This document shows, piece by piece, positions 39,887 to 52,800 of a stretch of 64,000 bases of DNA (positions are counted from its first letter, which is position 1; every line of letters begins with the position of its first letter). A model generated the notes under the pieces. That model was not told the origin of the DNA. It saw nothing but the letters and a program-made list of their open reading frames with translations, and made no database searches. The DNA lies in contig CDRNST010000101.1 in the NCBI GenBank assembly GCA_977016875.1, positions 248,001-312,000 of the forward strand, read 5' to 3'. The position numbers were made by a program, and so were the translations under genes. The stretch comes from Pavona decussata (lineage: Eukaryota).

Positions 39887-40674
39887 TACCCCAGTAAACG
39901 GTCTTTAGCTGCGTACAGGTAGCGTCACATGAAACGATTCTGGCGATTGCTAAAACAAAAATGTTAACATCTAAATAAATAAATCAAGGATTTTCTAAAT
40001 GTGTTAAATAGCAAAGAAGATCTGGTTGTCCAACCTCTAAGCACACAAAGAAGATAATGCACAATTACATAGAATTAACTGTTATCTAACTTGGTCAGAA
40101 CAATAACGGCATACTCAGAATAGTAGAGCAGAAACTACACATTTACGCGAGAAGAGAAAGCACAGGAAACTGACCTTGTTGAAATAAAATCAATTGAGTT
40201 ATCAAGAAACTATATTTCCCCACTCTCTAGAACGATGTAGCCAAAAGTGTTTGCTGTGATTTGACCGCACGGGCAATAGCAGTGTTTTTGACCGCTCGAC
40301 TGTCACACAGGGGTCAATAAATGTTGTGTAATATGATGCAGCGCATGCCTAGATAGACGAATTTTAAGTGACCATAAAGGTCCCACACTGAGTCTATTCT
40401 TCGCTCTTCCCGGGTCTAATTTTTTAGGACCCGGCTGGTAATCAAGTCTACCGGGGAAAACCTCACATCACAATTTACCAGCTAGATTCATCCTGAAAAT
40501 GAACATTTTCCAGCTAGGATGAGCTTTTGAGTTTAATCTAGTAAGCAAGCAATTGTTTTGATGCAGGCCTCCCAGCAAGTTCCATGCCAGTGCATAAGAA
40601 TCCCAGCCAGTGCACTAAGCCCTGCGGAGCGGATAGTTTGTATATCTGCTCCATTGAGCACTCCTGGTGTGTGA

Positions 40675-40863
40675 GCTCATGAAAAGTGGCTTGTTCCACG
40701 AATGTTTGAATCTCCTGTAAAGCGGAATTAAGCACTTCACATTGTGGACATTGTTTTTTGTGAATGTGCTTGCACTTCTGACTAAAGGAGCTGTCATGTG
40801 GGTTGCTCAGTGCATATGCCATACAGTGGTCTTCAATAGGCGATTTATTAGCAACATGGACCT
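40675..40863 (-). pseudogene. Sola-type (possibly Sola3) transposase exon fragment
   Basis: After an AG acceptor: VHVANKSPIEDHCMAYALSNPHDSSFSQKCKHIHKKQCPQC. Confidence 0.5.
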
Positions 40864-41439
40864 GTAAAATATTTTTAATATTATTTAGAGAAACACTTTT
40901 TTGAAGTATAATGGAAAACTACGAAGATACGAAAAGCGAAAGCTACGAAAAGCATTTTTAAGAAAACAAATTCCTACAATTTGTAAAAGTTGAAACTAGA
41001 GAAAAATATATTAATAGAATATATGAAACATCTCCAATTTAGAAAGAGAGAGACGCTTTCCTAATTTCTCCGCACCCCCCCCCCCCACACACACACATAC
41101 ACCCAACTCACCTATCAACATTGAAAACGCCAGACAAGCGTGTCTATCAAAAAAGCTTCCATGTATATTTTTTTATCATATCCAGAAAATCTCAGTGTTG
41201 CTAGGAATGCGAAAAAGAGTACATTTACTGGATGGTGATTGTTTTAAAGTGAATAGTCATTTTAACGATAGGCAAGAAAAAGGAGGTGACCTTACCGTAG
41301 GAGATGGCCAGCATAATAGGCGATTTAGAGGTGCATTTTTAATGTGAACGCTGATCGCAGGAATAAAGAAAATTGATCGCCGAAAGCTTTGTGGGTTAGA
41401 ACCTTACTACACAGTCGACTCTCAATAGCTATGAAGAGG

Positions 41440-41800
41440 AAGCTGAAATCTGTGCCAGCTTGCCAAAAGCAAGAATCCAGCAGCATGCTTCTGATAAACC
41501 TGACGAAAGGGATCCCAACCCTTTGAGGAAATTAGCCATTCTAGATGCTCTCAGGATTGTCAAGGAAAGTGAATCTTCTTGTCAATTGTTCGAGGACATG
41601 TCAAATTATGGCAAAACTCTTTTATTAGCCGAACAAAATAGTGAGAATATAGATCGTGAAATTTTGCTTACCTTGTGGCCAAGAAACTGGAACTCAGTGC
41701 AGAATCTATTAAGAGAAGAGGGATACGAAGATGCTAAATGAGTCTTTATTTGCATCTGTTGAAATGAAAAGGAACAAACAAGAAATGGAAACTGTGCCTG
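41440..41800 (+). pseudogene. EnSpm/CACTA-like transposase N-terminal fragment
   Basis: LWPRNWNSVQNLLREEGYEDAK*VFICIC resembles the W(P)xxW...GY..K.Y.IC motif. Confidence 0.45.
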
Positions 41801-41828
41801 TGGTATTTCTTTCTCAACAATAAGGGTG

Positions 41829-42083
41829 TCAATAATTTCTTGCTTGTGATTGGCAAGGGAAAAATTCCTTTTCTTGCATGTCACCATAAAAACTGAAGCC
41901 CCCAGGATAAAACAGTGTTTTGGCCATCTCTATGATCTCACCTGCTGTGGCATCTAGGGCTAAATGTGTGTCCCTTGTCCCTCCTTCCTTTGTTTGTCTC
42001 ACAGCAACAAATCTTTTTTTTTGGTTTGTCATCAAAATGCAGCCAGCCAATTGTATCTTCTTTGGTGCCTTCTTTTCTGATGC
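41829..42083 (-). pseudogene. Fragment of a repetitive family resembling N-termini of G2E3/HECT-like repeat-borne ORFs
   Basis: KKIQLAG...RFVAVRQTKEGGTRD...IIEMAKTLFYPGGFSFYG. Truncated at the hAT TIR. Confidence 0.35.
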
Positions 42084-43324
42084 CAGGGCTCGAAATTAAC
42101 TTTTTTGCTCAGGAGCCAGCTGGCGACTAAGGGGGAAAATTTGGTCGCCAGATCATAAATTTTGGTCGCCAACTTATTTAATATATAGCTTACATAAAAA
42201 CATGATTTTAAATGTTACTTTGCATGGAAGGAAAGAAACGAAAAGCACACGAAAGACCTCTACAACTGCTCTTGTTTTCGGCTTTTATGTCTCTGGTTCG
42301 GCCGGTGATCGTGTTCTTTAGTCGGTAATTTGAAATGGGACGAAACACAGAACGTTCTTAGTCCGTGGTTTTGATAGCAAGAGAAACGTGGGTCCTTCAT
42401 CCTTGTTTTTTGCGTGGCAAACAAGTTACCTTCCGCTGCTGATAAACGCAATACTTCAGCATGCTCGACTTAGGCCCCTACACACCCGCATTGCTCGTAC
42501 CAGTCTCCGACCGGGTTGAAATAAAAAGAGCTACTAGCACGGTTTCAGTGGCCTACAAATTTAGAGGGACTTAGTTTCTTAAAGCAGGATTGCCTCAATT
42601 TTCGACCCCGTCAATCAATGGAAGGCTATGAGTCCCTGTTAGTCGAGTTTATTGTTGAGTGGATGATAATCCTTTATTAGTTAATTCTCGCTTGCTCAGC
42701 TTTTTTTAGGCGTCATTTCCGCCGCTCCCTCACACCCAGTCTTGCTTTTATTTCCTGAACAGTGGCTGGTAGTTGAACCCAACCATTTTTATAAAGGTCC
42801 TGTATAAACTGTACTTCAACTGAAGTGTAGATTTGAGCCCTTTCTCGTTTCATTTCACTCGAGAAGTTTTAGGAAATTAAGACCCAAAATGTCGGAGAAA
42901 TGGAAAGCGCCCCTCAGTCGTGTACGCCAAGTCGGCTGCAGAGTATTAAACACTATTTAAGTCCTTTTCTAGTGATTTTTTTTCTCCATTTATTAATTAC
43001 CTCATTGAGCACAGTTTTGCAGGTGTCCGCCTTCTAACTGAGGACAGATAACAAGTTTCCCAACCTACTGTACGTTAAGGGTACAAGTTTCTTTTTGAAG
43101 GTTCCATACAAATTTCAAACTTATTACATAACTGTAAATTTTATATGGGCAATGAATCTTACAGCCTTAAAAAGATATTTGTGTTTTTCTATCACCGTGC
43201 ACGACAACCATTTTTCTGCGTGTCGGGAGGCTTATAAAATACACATAGCAACTATCCTTTTGCTGGAAGCTAAAGCCCAATTCAACAAAACTTACTTTTA
43301 ACAGTAACGGCAATACAATACATA

Positions 43325-43594
43325 TAAAGTAGTTTTCAATTGAATGCAGGAACACCAAAGAAATCACTCTCGTCGTCTTTGACGAATTATAACAGATGCA
43401 TACAAAGTGATGAACCAATCAGAACTGAAAGAAAGTACATGCAATCGTCGTCAACCTAGCGCCGATAAACGCAGCTAGCAAGTAAAGATTTGTTTTGGTT
43501 TACCTCTGATTTGATGAAAAAGTGGCGCAAACTCTCCTTCTTGCCAATCACAGAGTGAAGTAAAACAAAAGGCATTCTGTTGAAAACCGCTCTA
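43325..43594. mobile_element. Degenerate MITE nested in the hAT 3' region
   Basis: TAAAGTAGTTTTCAA pairs with TTGAAAACCGCTCTA. Internal AACCAATCAG / CTGATT motifs. Confidence 0.6.
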
Positions 43595-46379
43595 ATTCAG
43601 AATCTCATTTTCTTTACATAAATATCCTTGACTTCAGTCAAATAAACTGTTCAACAGAGCAAATACCCGACATTCTTTTCAACTGTCAATGTTTAAGAGG
43701 ATGGAAATTAAATATCAGTATCTGTGAAACTGTGGTCGCCGCCGTCTTTCCCCTGCATCCTGGTCCCTGGGAAGCCACTTATCAACAGCAGGTGTTGCAT
43801 TAAATTCAGTAACTGGCGGACCCTCAGCTGTGATTCTGATAAGATCCTGCAGTGTAGATGAACCAAGGCCAACGCGGAGACTCTTCTTTATTGTTCTGTG
43901 CTGAAACAGCACGCTCGCACTGGGCAGCTGAAATGGGCAGTACGAGCATGATTTCCATGAGATGAAGGACATTTTGGAAATCGTCCTTGTATGGAGCCTT
44001 GGTCAGCATGATTCCCCACAGGCTTGCATAATCCTTGTCACGGAAATTGGTATTGACAAGAACCTTAAGTGAAAACCACTCTTCGGAAATCACATCGGTT
44101 TCGCAGCCAGCCTTCTGTAGCAGTGGAGCAAACCAGTTGGTCAGACGATCGATCGCATCGTTTCCAAAATCTACGAGATCTTCCGTGCTTGTGGGCCAAG
44201 AATCGATATTGAAGATAAGCACATCTTTGACAACTTGGGTGGTGTTGCGTGCCAAAGGCTGGGCATTGGATGTTGAAGTAAGCATGGAGCCAAACCTCTC
44301 AAAAATACCAGTTAAAGACAGATCAATTGCCACTGCCATTGAAGACTGCAAGTTGTCAGGGCGGGCGCCTCGTCTTTTCGGTGTACCATCAAGTGATCCT
44401 TTTAAAGTAATGCCTTGAAACTGCATCTCACAGTCAACCTCAGAATCCTCGAGGATATTCGTAAAATGCTTCAAATGACCATTTGGTGCAGGAGGGCTTT
44501 TCAATACTTGAAGATTGGTCACTGTTTCATGCAGAAGTGAAACCGCCACCGGGAGAATCAAGTCGTTTCTCTGCATCTTCAGACTCAGTTTGGAAATGAT
44601 TCCAAACATATCAGCAAGAAAATGGCAAAATGCCGCGAAAGGAATACTTCTCATCTTATCGCTGATAAATTTCGCTCGCCCCTTGATGTCAGTGTTCTTT
44701 GAAATAGCGCTGAGGTGGTCCATGTGACACAACACGGCAGCATACTGACCAGAACCATCGCCAACTGGTTTGATCAATACGTTTAGGGCGCGGCTGATAT
44801 GGGGGAGCCACCTGGTTCCACTGACCTGAGTAGGTTTCAAAACATTAACTCCAAGCTCACTTGCAACTGCTTGCAACTCTCTCATGCTTTTGGGGCTGTA
44901 ATGATAGGTTTTCCATATAAGTTGGAGAACATCATACACAACTTCCACTTGGTGGCAACTTTTTTGCATCTCAATAAGTACCAGTTCAAGTCGATGAGGA
45001 AGGCAGTGGAAGTCGACAAGGTGTGGTGAGTGTTGGCGTAACAATGCTGAGACTCTGCCTTTCTGTCCAAGATTTACAGATGCCCCATCTGCGCCCATGC
45101 CCACAAGTTTATCCTTCCACCGGAGAATGCCACTTTTCTGAAATTCTGTTGACAGTCTCCAAAATACCTTAAATAATAACAAATAGCAATATATTATTTA
45201 GTAAAAAGATTACCCAATGAAGTAATATACAAATAGTGAGGCTGTAGCAAAAAAGCAAAACACTTGTAACTACTGTAGCAACATTCATTCCACATTGTAT
45301 CGCTGAACCCGTTATTATATGAAATATTCATGACACTTAATTTTGCAAATTTGGAGATCATTTCAAAGTCATGAAGTTGTAGTGTCGTTAGAATGTCACG
45401 TGATCAAGTATTGAATGTAAAAACAGAAAAGATTACATTTATGTACCAGAATTTAGAGGGCCAAGTTTTTTAATTTTGCGCGATTAATACAGTTTAATTC
45501 ATTTACTCAGAAAATCACCTTGAGCATGGGCATGGGCCACAGCCTTGTGCCCCACCAATCGATTTATAGGCTGGCCATCCTTGACATATCGGCAGTGAAC
45601 ACCGTCAATCATGATACTTACGTAGATCTTTTGATTGAGTTCACTCGCCAGTTGCTCAGTCATCACTTCACTTATAACGGAAACAAAGTTATTACAGCTT
45701 TTATCGTTTGCATACGTCAGGTTAATGTTGAGGCCGTTTTTCTTTTGGAGCGCGAGAATTGCCTGATATTTGCTGAACGGCAGTTCTTTGGCAATTAGAT
45801 AAGCGGTGTTGAATTTTGCCTCAATCTCTTTCCTTGTTTTCTCTTCCACAGCCTTTCCCCCTCTTTGCAGTCCCTGCAGAATCGGCGAATTTATGACGGG
45901 CTGTTGCTTAGCAAGACAAGCATCACGGGCCCGAAGGTGACCGCCACCAACACTATGTTTCTGTAAACTTTCTTTCTTGAATGTGCGGCATCCTGAAATA
46001 AATTCTGTTTTGCCCGCCAAGTGGGGAAAAGCACAACACGTTTTGCAAGTCATTTTGTTTTCATTCTCGTGGTAAACTACCCAGCTGAACTGTTCCTGCC
46101 ACTGAGGTAGAAACTTTCGGTTAGTCGAGGGCTTTTTTTGGGCGACTTCTTTTCGGTTGTCAACACCCACTTTCTCTTCACTTTTCTTTACTTTCTTCTC
46201 TGGAAGAACAGCTGGATGATCGCCTTTTCTTTTAGCACCCAGTTTGACTGTAGGTGGCTTTAAAAATGTGAAGAGAGAGCTCTGCTTTGGGCCAGTGCTT
46301 TTTGTAGCAGGCATCTTAATGCTATCTTCATGACGCGCATCAGGAACAGAGATAACTGGAACGATGTGGTTTGGCGTGT

Positions 46380-47060
46380 ACCAAGAATTGGTTGATTGTC
46401 TAGGTCACCGTCCCTTGACCACAAAAAGTAGACAGGTTCGTCAAACGCATCATTAGAGTGAGATATTCGGGGCTTTATGAAGTTCATCATTAATGGGCGG
46501 TACCTGAAGTTGACTTGAGGGTACAAAGAATAAACCGGCCGCCCAATGACTGATGCTATGGCCATTATATGAATCAGCGATCCCCACTTTTTATCCTCGC
46601 ATGTATCCACTGCTTCGGCCTTTACTGCATCAATTTTAGTTCCACCATCTGTAATAGCTTTGTCACCACTCGCAGTCAAAGCAACCGGAAATAGCACAGA
46701 TTCGGGAATGTTCATGAGCTCAGCCGTCTGTTTAAATGCTTCATGCGTCGCGTAATACTCAGCATTAAAATAAAGTTCACTGGCAACAAGAAGACGTAAA
46801 GCGGTACTTCGTGATTCATCTCCACTTAGACACAGTGAAGTGGAGTTGCATAAACAATTCCCATTTCCTCTTGCATGAACTGCTATGCGATGTCCAGGTT
46901 CATCGATATCTGGAATCAAGCTAGATCCGAGGACATCCCTTGGTAATTCGGCATTCATGACTGTCGACGGATTCAAATTTACTATTAACCCTCTGGCTGA
47001 ATCTTCATCACCTGCCCATAAAAACTTACGTAAATCTCGTAACTGATTTGCATCTGCCGC
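46380..47060 (-). pseudogene. Vertnin-like OTU cysteine-protease domain at the hAT transposase N-terminus
   Basis: RGNGNCLCNS...LRLLVASEL...WGSLIHI.AIASVIGRPVYSLYP...FLWS. After a frameshift near 46390, WYTPNHIVPV runs directly into MPATKST (45499..46314). Confidence 0.75.
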
Positions 47061-47639
47061 CATTATTTTCCTGGCAAATGAAAGCACATGGTGTCGAAGT
47101 GCGCCCGCGATCCTATTTTTAGAAGAAGCCGCTGAAACAATATGGTGCCTAGTAAATGTTTCGCATTGACTTCCGATCGAATTATCGGAGTACACTTTGT
47201 GTCATTAATTAACAGAGTGTGAAACCGATTTTCTTGTAGTTTTCCGACATTTTAGTGCGAATGGAAAGGTGAATCGTCTTCTAGCTACCAATTCCAAATG
47301 AATTCCTTCGTTAAAGATTTAAATACAGAAGCTTTCGCTACTGTTTATCTTGGGTTATCGGACAAAACAAGAGTCGCCAGCTGACAACCAGTTCTGAAAA
47401 TCTAGTTGCCAGCACTCAATTTTTGGTCGCATTGGCGACCAGAGAGTCGCAATTTCGAGCCCTGTCATCCTCACCTTTCTTTCTCTTTTTGGACAGGTGT
47501 GAATTACTGGAAGCTTCAAGTTTCCATTATATATAACATTACATAACTTTAATGTCAATATAGCCTTTGACACGAACGAAATTGATAATGATGCTTTAAT
47601 GAGCCAATGACAGTCAACTTTATAATGCAAGATACCTTA

Positions 47640-47742
47640 GACGGGTTACAAGTCGACTTATAAGTCGTCTTTTAAGTTACCTTAGACAAGTCATAAGTCG
47701 ACTTATAAGTCGCTTTGTCATCTTGGACAAGTTATAAGTCGT
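47640..47742. repeat. Short tandem array of AAGTCGACTTATAAGTCG
   Basis: Three degenerate units containing the palindrome CGACTTATAAGTCG. Confidence 0.75.
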
Positions 47743-47939
47743 TCTCTTCCATCTCTAAATTATTTTGATGTCCAGTTGGGGGCTCTATAGGTTTGCTCTC
47801 TAAGCAAGGCCATAATTTATCCTCCTCGGTAGTCTTCCTCACACAAGTTTCTGGTTTTTGCCTCCATTAGCCATCACTGCAAAATATCACCTTTGCATCC
47901 ATTTTGCTGCTGGACTTTATTTTTGTATATACATACAGT

Positions 47940-48214
47940 CGAAGAAAGTGAGACTAGGACTGATCACCGACCAGAATACGTGAGGCAGAGCGAAACAAAC
48001 AATCACCATCTCCAGTCGCCTTGCAAGCAAGAAATCCGTTAGTTTCATCTTCCAAAATAATGTCCTCCGGAATAAGTGTTTGGGCAACCTCAACCTTGTC
48101 GATCATTTCTGGATTTTCAATTGACGCTTTTTGTTTTATCCAACGGGAAACTTGATCGCATTTTTTGGAAAGATTTAAAGTAGCTTTGTTTTTCCTTGCT
48201 GAAACCTTGGTCAA
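47940..48214 (-). pseudogene. Second vertnin-like OTU fragment
   Basis: LACKATGDGDCLFRSASRILVGDQS*LTFLR. Confidence 0.65.
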
Positions 48215-49509
48215 GATGTTTCTTCAGAGATATTTAATCAGTTCGTGGGTTGCACTGTAACTGCAAAAAATCCATTTTTGCCGTGGAACTCGAACTGAAA
48301 CTCAACCCAGTAATACGATCAAGAAAACAATTGACTGATACGCGACCACCGAAACAATTTTCTCTTATGCTTTCTGTTTTCCCACGCAAATGGAACAAAC
48401 AGCTGTAATCACATATGCCGGGAAAATACGGAGTCAGGCATTTAGATCATGCAGATTTGTTACAAATATCAGCGTGCAAAGAAAGTCGTGTCCGATAGCC
48501 CAGGGCTAGTGAATCCTGACCATCACTTGCCCGACGGGCAAGTGAAGTTTTTTTGGGAATTTAAATTACAAAATTATTGTGAACCAAAAGTCGTTTTTCA
48601 GGCTGATCTCACATAGGGAAATCTTTTTAAAAAGGTATCGCATTACATGTACATTTCATGCCCAACATAATGCGTGAAAATTTTCCTTTGTAGTCTAGTC
48701 CACTCAATTCAAGTAAAAATAATTTGAAATATGATTAACCCTTCCTAAATAAGAATTATTTCAGAGAAAGCCAATTCTCTGTATTATGCTTCATCATTGA
48801 ATCAACGTTCCTAAAAGGTTTTGATCCTGTACTCCGGTAAGAAAGTTATCCAGTTCCGTTCATGGTTTTTGCATTGACACGTGCGTTTCAATAAATTTTA
48901 CAAATTGCAAAAAAAAAATGTTTTTCCTTTGAAACCTTTATAGCTCGTTATGAAAGCTGACAAGATCTAAACAGGTTCATTTCACCACAACATCTGCATA
49001 ATTTTGTTTTACGATGGCACTGATGCGTGACATGGCACTTTCCGCTTTCGCTTTCCAAGCTTTGCGCTTGCCAACTTGTTGTGGCTACAAACACAATACC
49101 GTGGGCATATGCTCCAACATGGGCACTTTCAAGACCGTCGGCAGTTCCGTTCGGCAAGAAAACACTGATAGAAAGTACTGAGGTTGGACATTTCAACTCC
49201 TACAACTCCACCAGGATTAGGTTCATGAGAAATGTAGAGGATGTTGTTGTTGAGGCACATCGATACTGCTTTATTGCAACCATCTGGGTACTTGGAGAAA
49301 GAGACATTGCCTATTACAGTTCAATCAGCCACCTCCAGTAACACCATGTACATACACTTGTCTGTATCACTGGCACAGGAAAGTGTATAACGGCTTACTT
49401 AGGCAATGCAATTTGGCATAATATCTGTGGATAACCGTTTTTTTCTGGGTCATTCTTTTTGTTCACTCTCTCAACGTTGTTCAGCTGTGTGGGAAGTCTG
49501 GATCAACGT

Positions 49510-49820
49510 ATCGCTACTCCACTACGCTACTGCGTCGAAATTATTTAACAGTCTATCAGAAACTATTAGAAACTGTAAGGATTACAGAACCTTTTTAAGA
49601 GTCTCAAGGAATTTTTTAAGAAACAGAGTACAAAGCGATTAGTTAGTTTTACTGTCATTGGTTTCCGTTAATCCTGTTTCTACTGTATAATTTGTAAGTT
49701 ACTTAATTTAATTTAATTTATTTTGTAATTGTAATTAATGTAATTTAACGGGGAAGAGCCATCAAGTGGAAATGTTAATAAACCATTATTACTAATATTA
49801 TTATTGTTATTATTATTATA
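49510..49820 (+). mobile_element. L2/CR1-type LINE 3' end
   Basis: ASKLFNSLSETIRNCKDYRTF C-terminal motif, AATAAA and an (ATT)n tail. Confidence 0.7.
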
Positions 49821-49841
49821 GTCAAGATTCCTCTTCTTTAA

Positions 49842-52800
49842 AGGGAAAGTGTCACAACTACTGCGCATGCACTGGTTTGCCATATGCAAATGAGGTAAAT
49901 ACTGTGAGGTGCAGAGGTGGATTTCATCGCAATGGTAAACAGTGTTACAGTAAGGTCCAGTAAGCAGGTTTATATCAAATTTAGAGAGCAGATAAAGGGA
50001 AATTGTAGTTCAACAGAATTATTCGCCTTTTCTTTTGATATTGCCACCAATCTCGTCGCCTTTCAGGATAACACTTTACTTTTAATCTCACCAGGGAAGT
50101 AAAGAAAATTTCTGCCAATGAAAGAGCACCCAGCAGGAAGAGGGCCAGTTGTCGATGTAAAACAGCTGGGCAATTTTGCGGAGAGTTTTGTTCATGCAGT
50201 TGGCGAAAACCATGCAAGAACCAAAAGGAGACCGAAGACCGCAAGGTCAGTTTTCCTTGTCTGTCACATAACCAAGTCGGGAAACAGTTAACTAACATTA
50301 ATTAATACTTTGGACCTGTATATTAAGACTGCAGTTGAAGTGCCTCCACCAGGCTGGAATGTCATCAAAGATCCGCCAAACCCAGAAAGTCTGCACAAGG
50401 AAGAGGAGAGGGATGCAGGGAATTAGCGAGTGAAAGCATGGTTTCACACAAATGCAGCTGTAATTATTTTCTCAATTGTGGTGTTATAGTTATTGGTCTA
50501 GATTCATAATTCTACTACCGACTCTCTTTAGGCAAATTGAACAGGGTGCAATGCTTGCATCTGTAAAATATGGAGAAGGTAGTACCAGGACGTAGTACCA
50601 CATTTAAATAATATATAGTGAATTTCAATTTATAGTCTTTATCCCAAACCATCAGTTCTTATCAGTTTGAGGAACAAACATCACAATATTCGTTATTCTT
50701 CAAAAGGGTTTTCAAGAAATGACTATTTTATGTCACTTTATGCAGGGAAATTAGAGTGGTTTGCTCTTTCATTTATGTTTATTTTAGAAACAGATTATTA
50801 CATCACTGCTTTAAGATTCAAAATTTCTCTTCTTTTGTTTAAACATTATTCATTCATTCACTACAGTCACTCGTGAAACATTTTCATATAGGTGCATGGC
50901 CATGTATATCCTCTCTCTATGTAGTCAATTATGGTATGAAAATAATAAACCAGTGACTTGTTTCCTTGAAACTGTCAGGAGTTTGTTCACACCCTGGATG
51001 AGGCCACATCCAAAAAGCTTGCCATAAGGGCATTGCAGCGGGGAGTTAGCTGCATGGATTATATTAACGTGCTGTTCATCATGGAAGACCCAGACGAGGA
51101 GGGAAGCCCATCTACCTCTGGAACCACGGAAGAAAATTCAGTGCCTCCCGCACTTAGTACACTTTCTGGAGAAGGCTCACACCAAAGATTATTGGCTGCT
51201 GCTAGTGCTAGTCTTGGTGCTTCAATTCAACCACCACCTTCATCAACCCTTGTGCGTTCTACAAATAAACAGGTGCCAGAGTGGTGCAAGTGTGGACACT
51301 GTAGGGAAATGCCCCAAGAAAATGCAAACCTTTGCTGCAAATCTAGAAACTGTGTTTCCCTTAGCAGAAGGTTTACAAAGTTCTCCCTTGATAAGGGTTT
51401 CCTTCAACTCAGTATCAAGAGTACTTGTAACATGAGGAATGATTGACAAGACAACAGCAGCAGAGCTTTCCGCAAGGCAGCATACCGCCACCACATCCTA
51501 GAAGAGTATGGTTACCTAGGCAAGCACAAGCGTAGAGTGTGTCCATCATGTTGTGTGTGGAAGATTAGAGAACATATTCCATCATCTACCAGGGCCTACA
51601 TGGGTTTCAGATCTCATTAACTTTGGCATTCAACAGATTTATTTGAAACACTTGCATGAGCAAATCATTGTGCTATAATTTGAAAATTAGTAGTTTTTCT
51701 TTATTGTAACATGAATATTTGTTTACGGAGGTCCTACACGTGATCTACCACAGTTCACTTGACATGTGTACAATAAAGACCCTACGCATGCATGGTAGAC
51801 CCCTATAGCCCTGTTTTATTTCAGAAAATGTGATATTCCTTAGAGATGTTTCCTTCTGTCAATCCTACAATTTATTATTCATGTCTACAAAATATTCATG
51901 TTGAAAGCAGTAATATCACATAGTTTGACATGGGAAAACAAGATGTACAAGCTAAAAAGGTCTATTGGAATCTTCTAGTATTCATGTAAATTATAGTCCA
52001 ACCAGCCTTATAAAAAGGAATAAGAAATAAACTAACTGAACTCAACAACAAGACTATTTGGGCTAATTTACAGGAATACAGAGAAAACCAATCGCACTTG
52101 TGTTGCAACTATGACATCAATTCCCGATGCATATTTTTCAACTTATAGGTGTCGAGCATGACCTTAAAAAGTTATGAAAGTGGAGGATAAATATAGTCAC
52201 TCATTTAATTTGTTTGAAAATCTGCTTTTGTGTTGCTGAAAAAGCTCTCTTGAGGTCGGTGGTTTAACTGCAGTAATGGTGGGGGCAATTCTTCTTGTGT
52301 CGTCAGATTCCATTGTCAGTACTCGTTGGGCATTGTTCTTATCTTCCATGTGAAGACGGAATACCTTGTCTATAAACACACATATGTAGCCATAGTCCTT
52401 GACTTGTTAAAGAACTTTTACATTCCAAGTCTTAGTTCGCTGAGACCTAATTAATATAAGCTTCATAGTTTCCTTTAGGTCTCCTCGCCATTGTTACATC
52501 TATTTTTCTCTATTTTTTTTTTGTTTACATTAATAATGTATTGTGGTGTGGCAAAATAAATATAAATAAAATTAATGAATTGTATTTTTGGGAGACAGCT
52601 ACCTCCCCACAGGCATCTGTAGACTCTGGAATGTCCACATGGTAATTCCAGTCTATAGCAGCCAGTTGTTTTCTGGTTTTATAGATCTTCTTACTAAAAC
52701 ACAAATATGAAAAACAATATAAAGAGGGAAAACAATACATCCCTATGTATAATGAGGATGTAGATTTCCAGAAAACAGTAATAAGAAGCAGTTGGGTAGT

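Larger units (their letters stand above)
42084..47464 (-). mobile_element. hAT transposon (ZNF862-like transposase) with N-terminal OTU/vertnin-like domain
   Basis: TIRs CAGGGCTCGAAATT at 42084 and AATTTCGAGCCCTG ending at 47464, with TGGTCGC/GGCGAC subterminal motifs. TTF Zn finger (RKFLPQW..FSW..C..C), SIMID, MGADGASVN, HCLPHRLEL, GTRW, and dimerization motif LPISAAQCER. Intron 45168-45518. Confidence 0.92.

Noticed and set aside
31262-39891. 5-bp TSD for the BEL element
   Set aside because: The flanks TGTCC and TACCC match at only 3 of 5 positions.
42076-47472. 8-bp TSD for the hAT element
   Set aside because: The flanks TCTGATGC and TCATCCTC do not match, so no TSD is claimed.
48948-49440. 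Possible beta-propeller/NHL-like coding remnant on minus
   Set aside because: Too degraded to assign, and not counted in the strand tally.
43715-51620. Host genes ZNF862, VRTN, P2RX7
   Set aside because: Similarity is domain-level only, the frames are broken and they lie within transposon ends, so no symbols were assigned.
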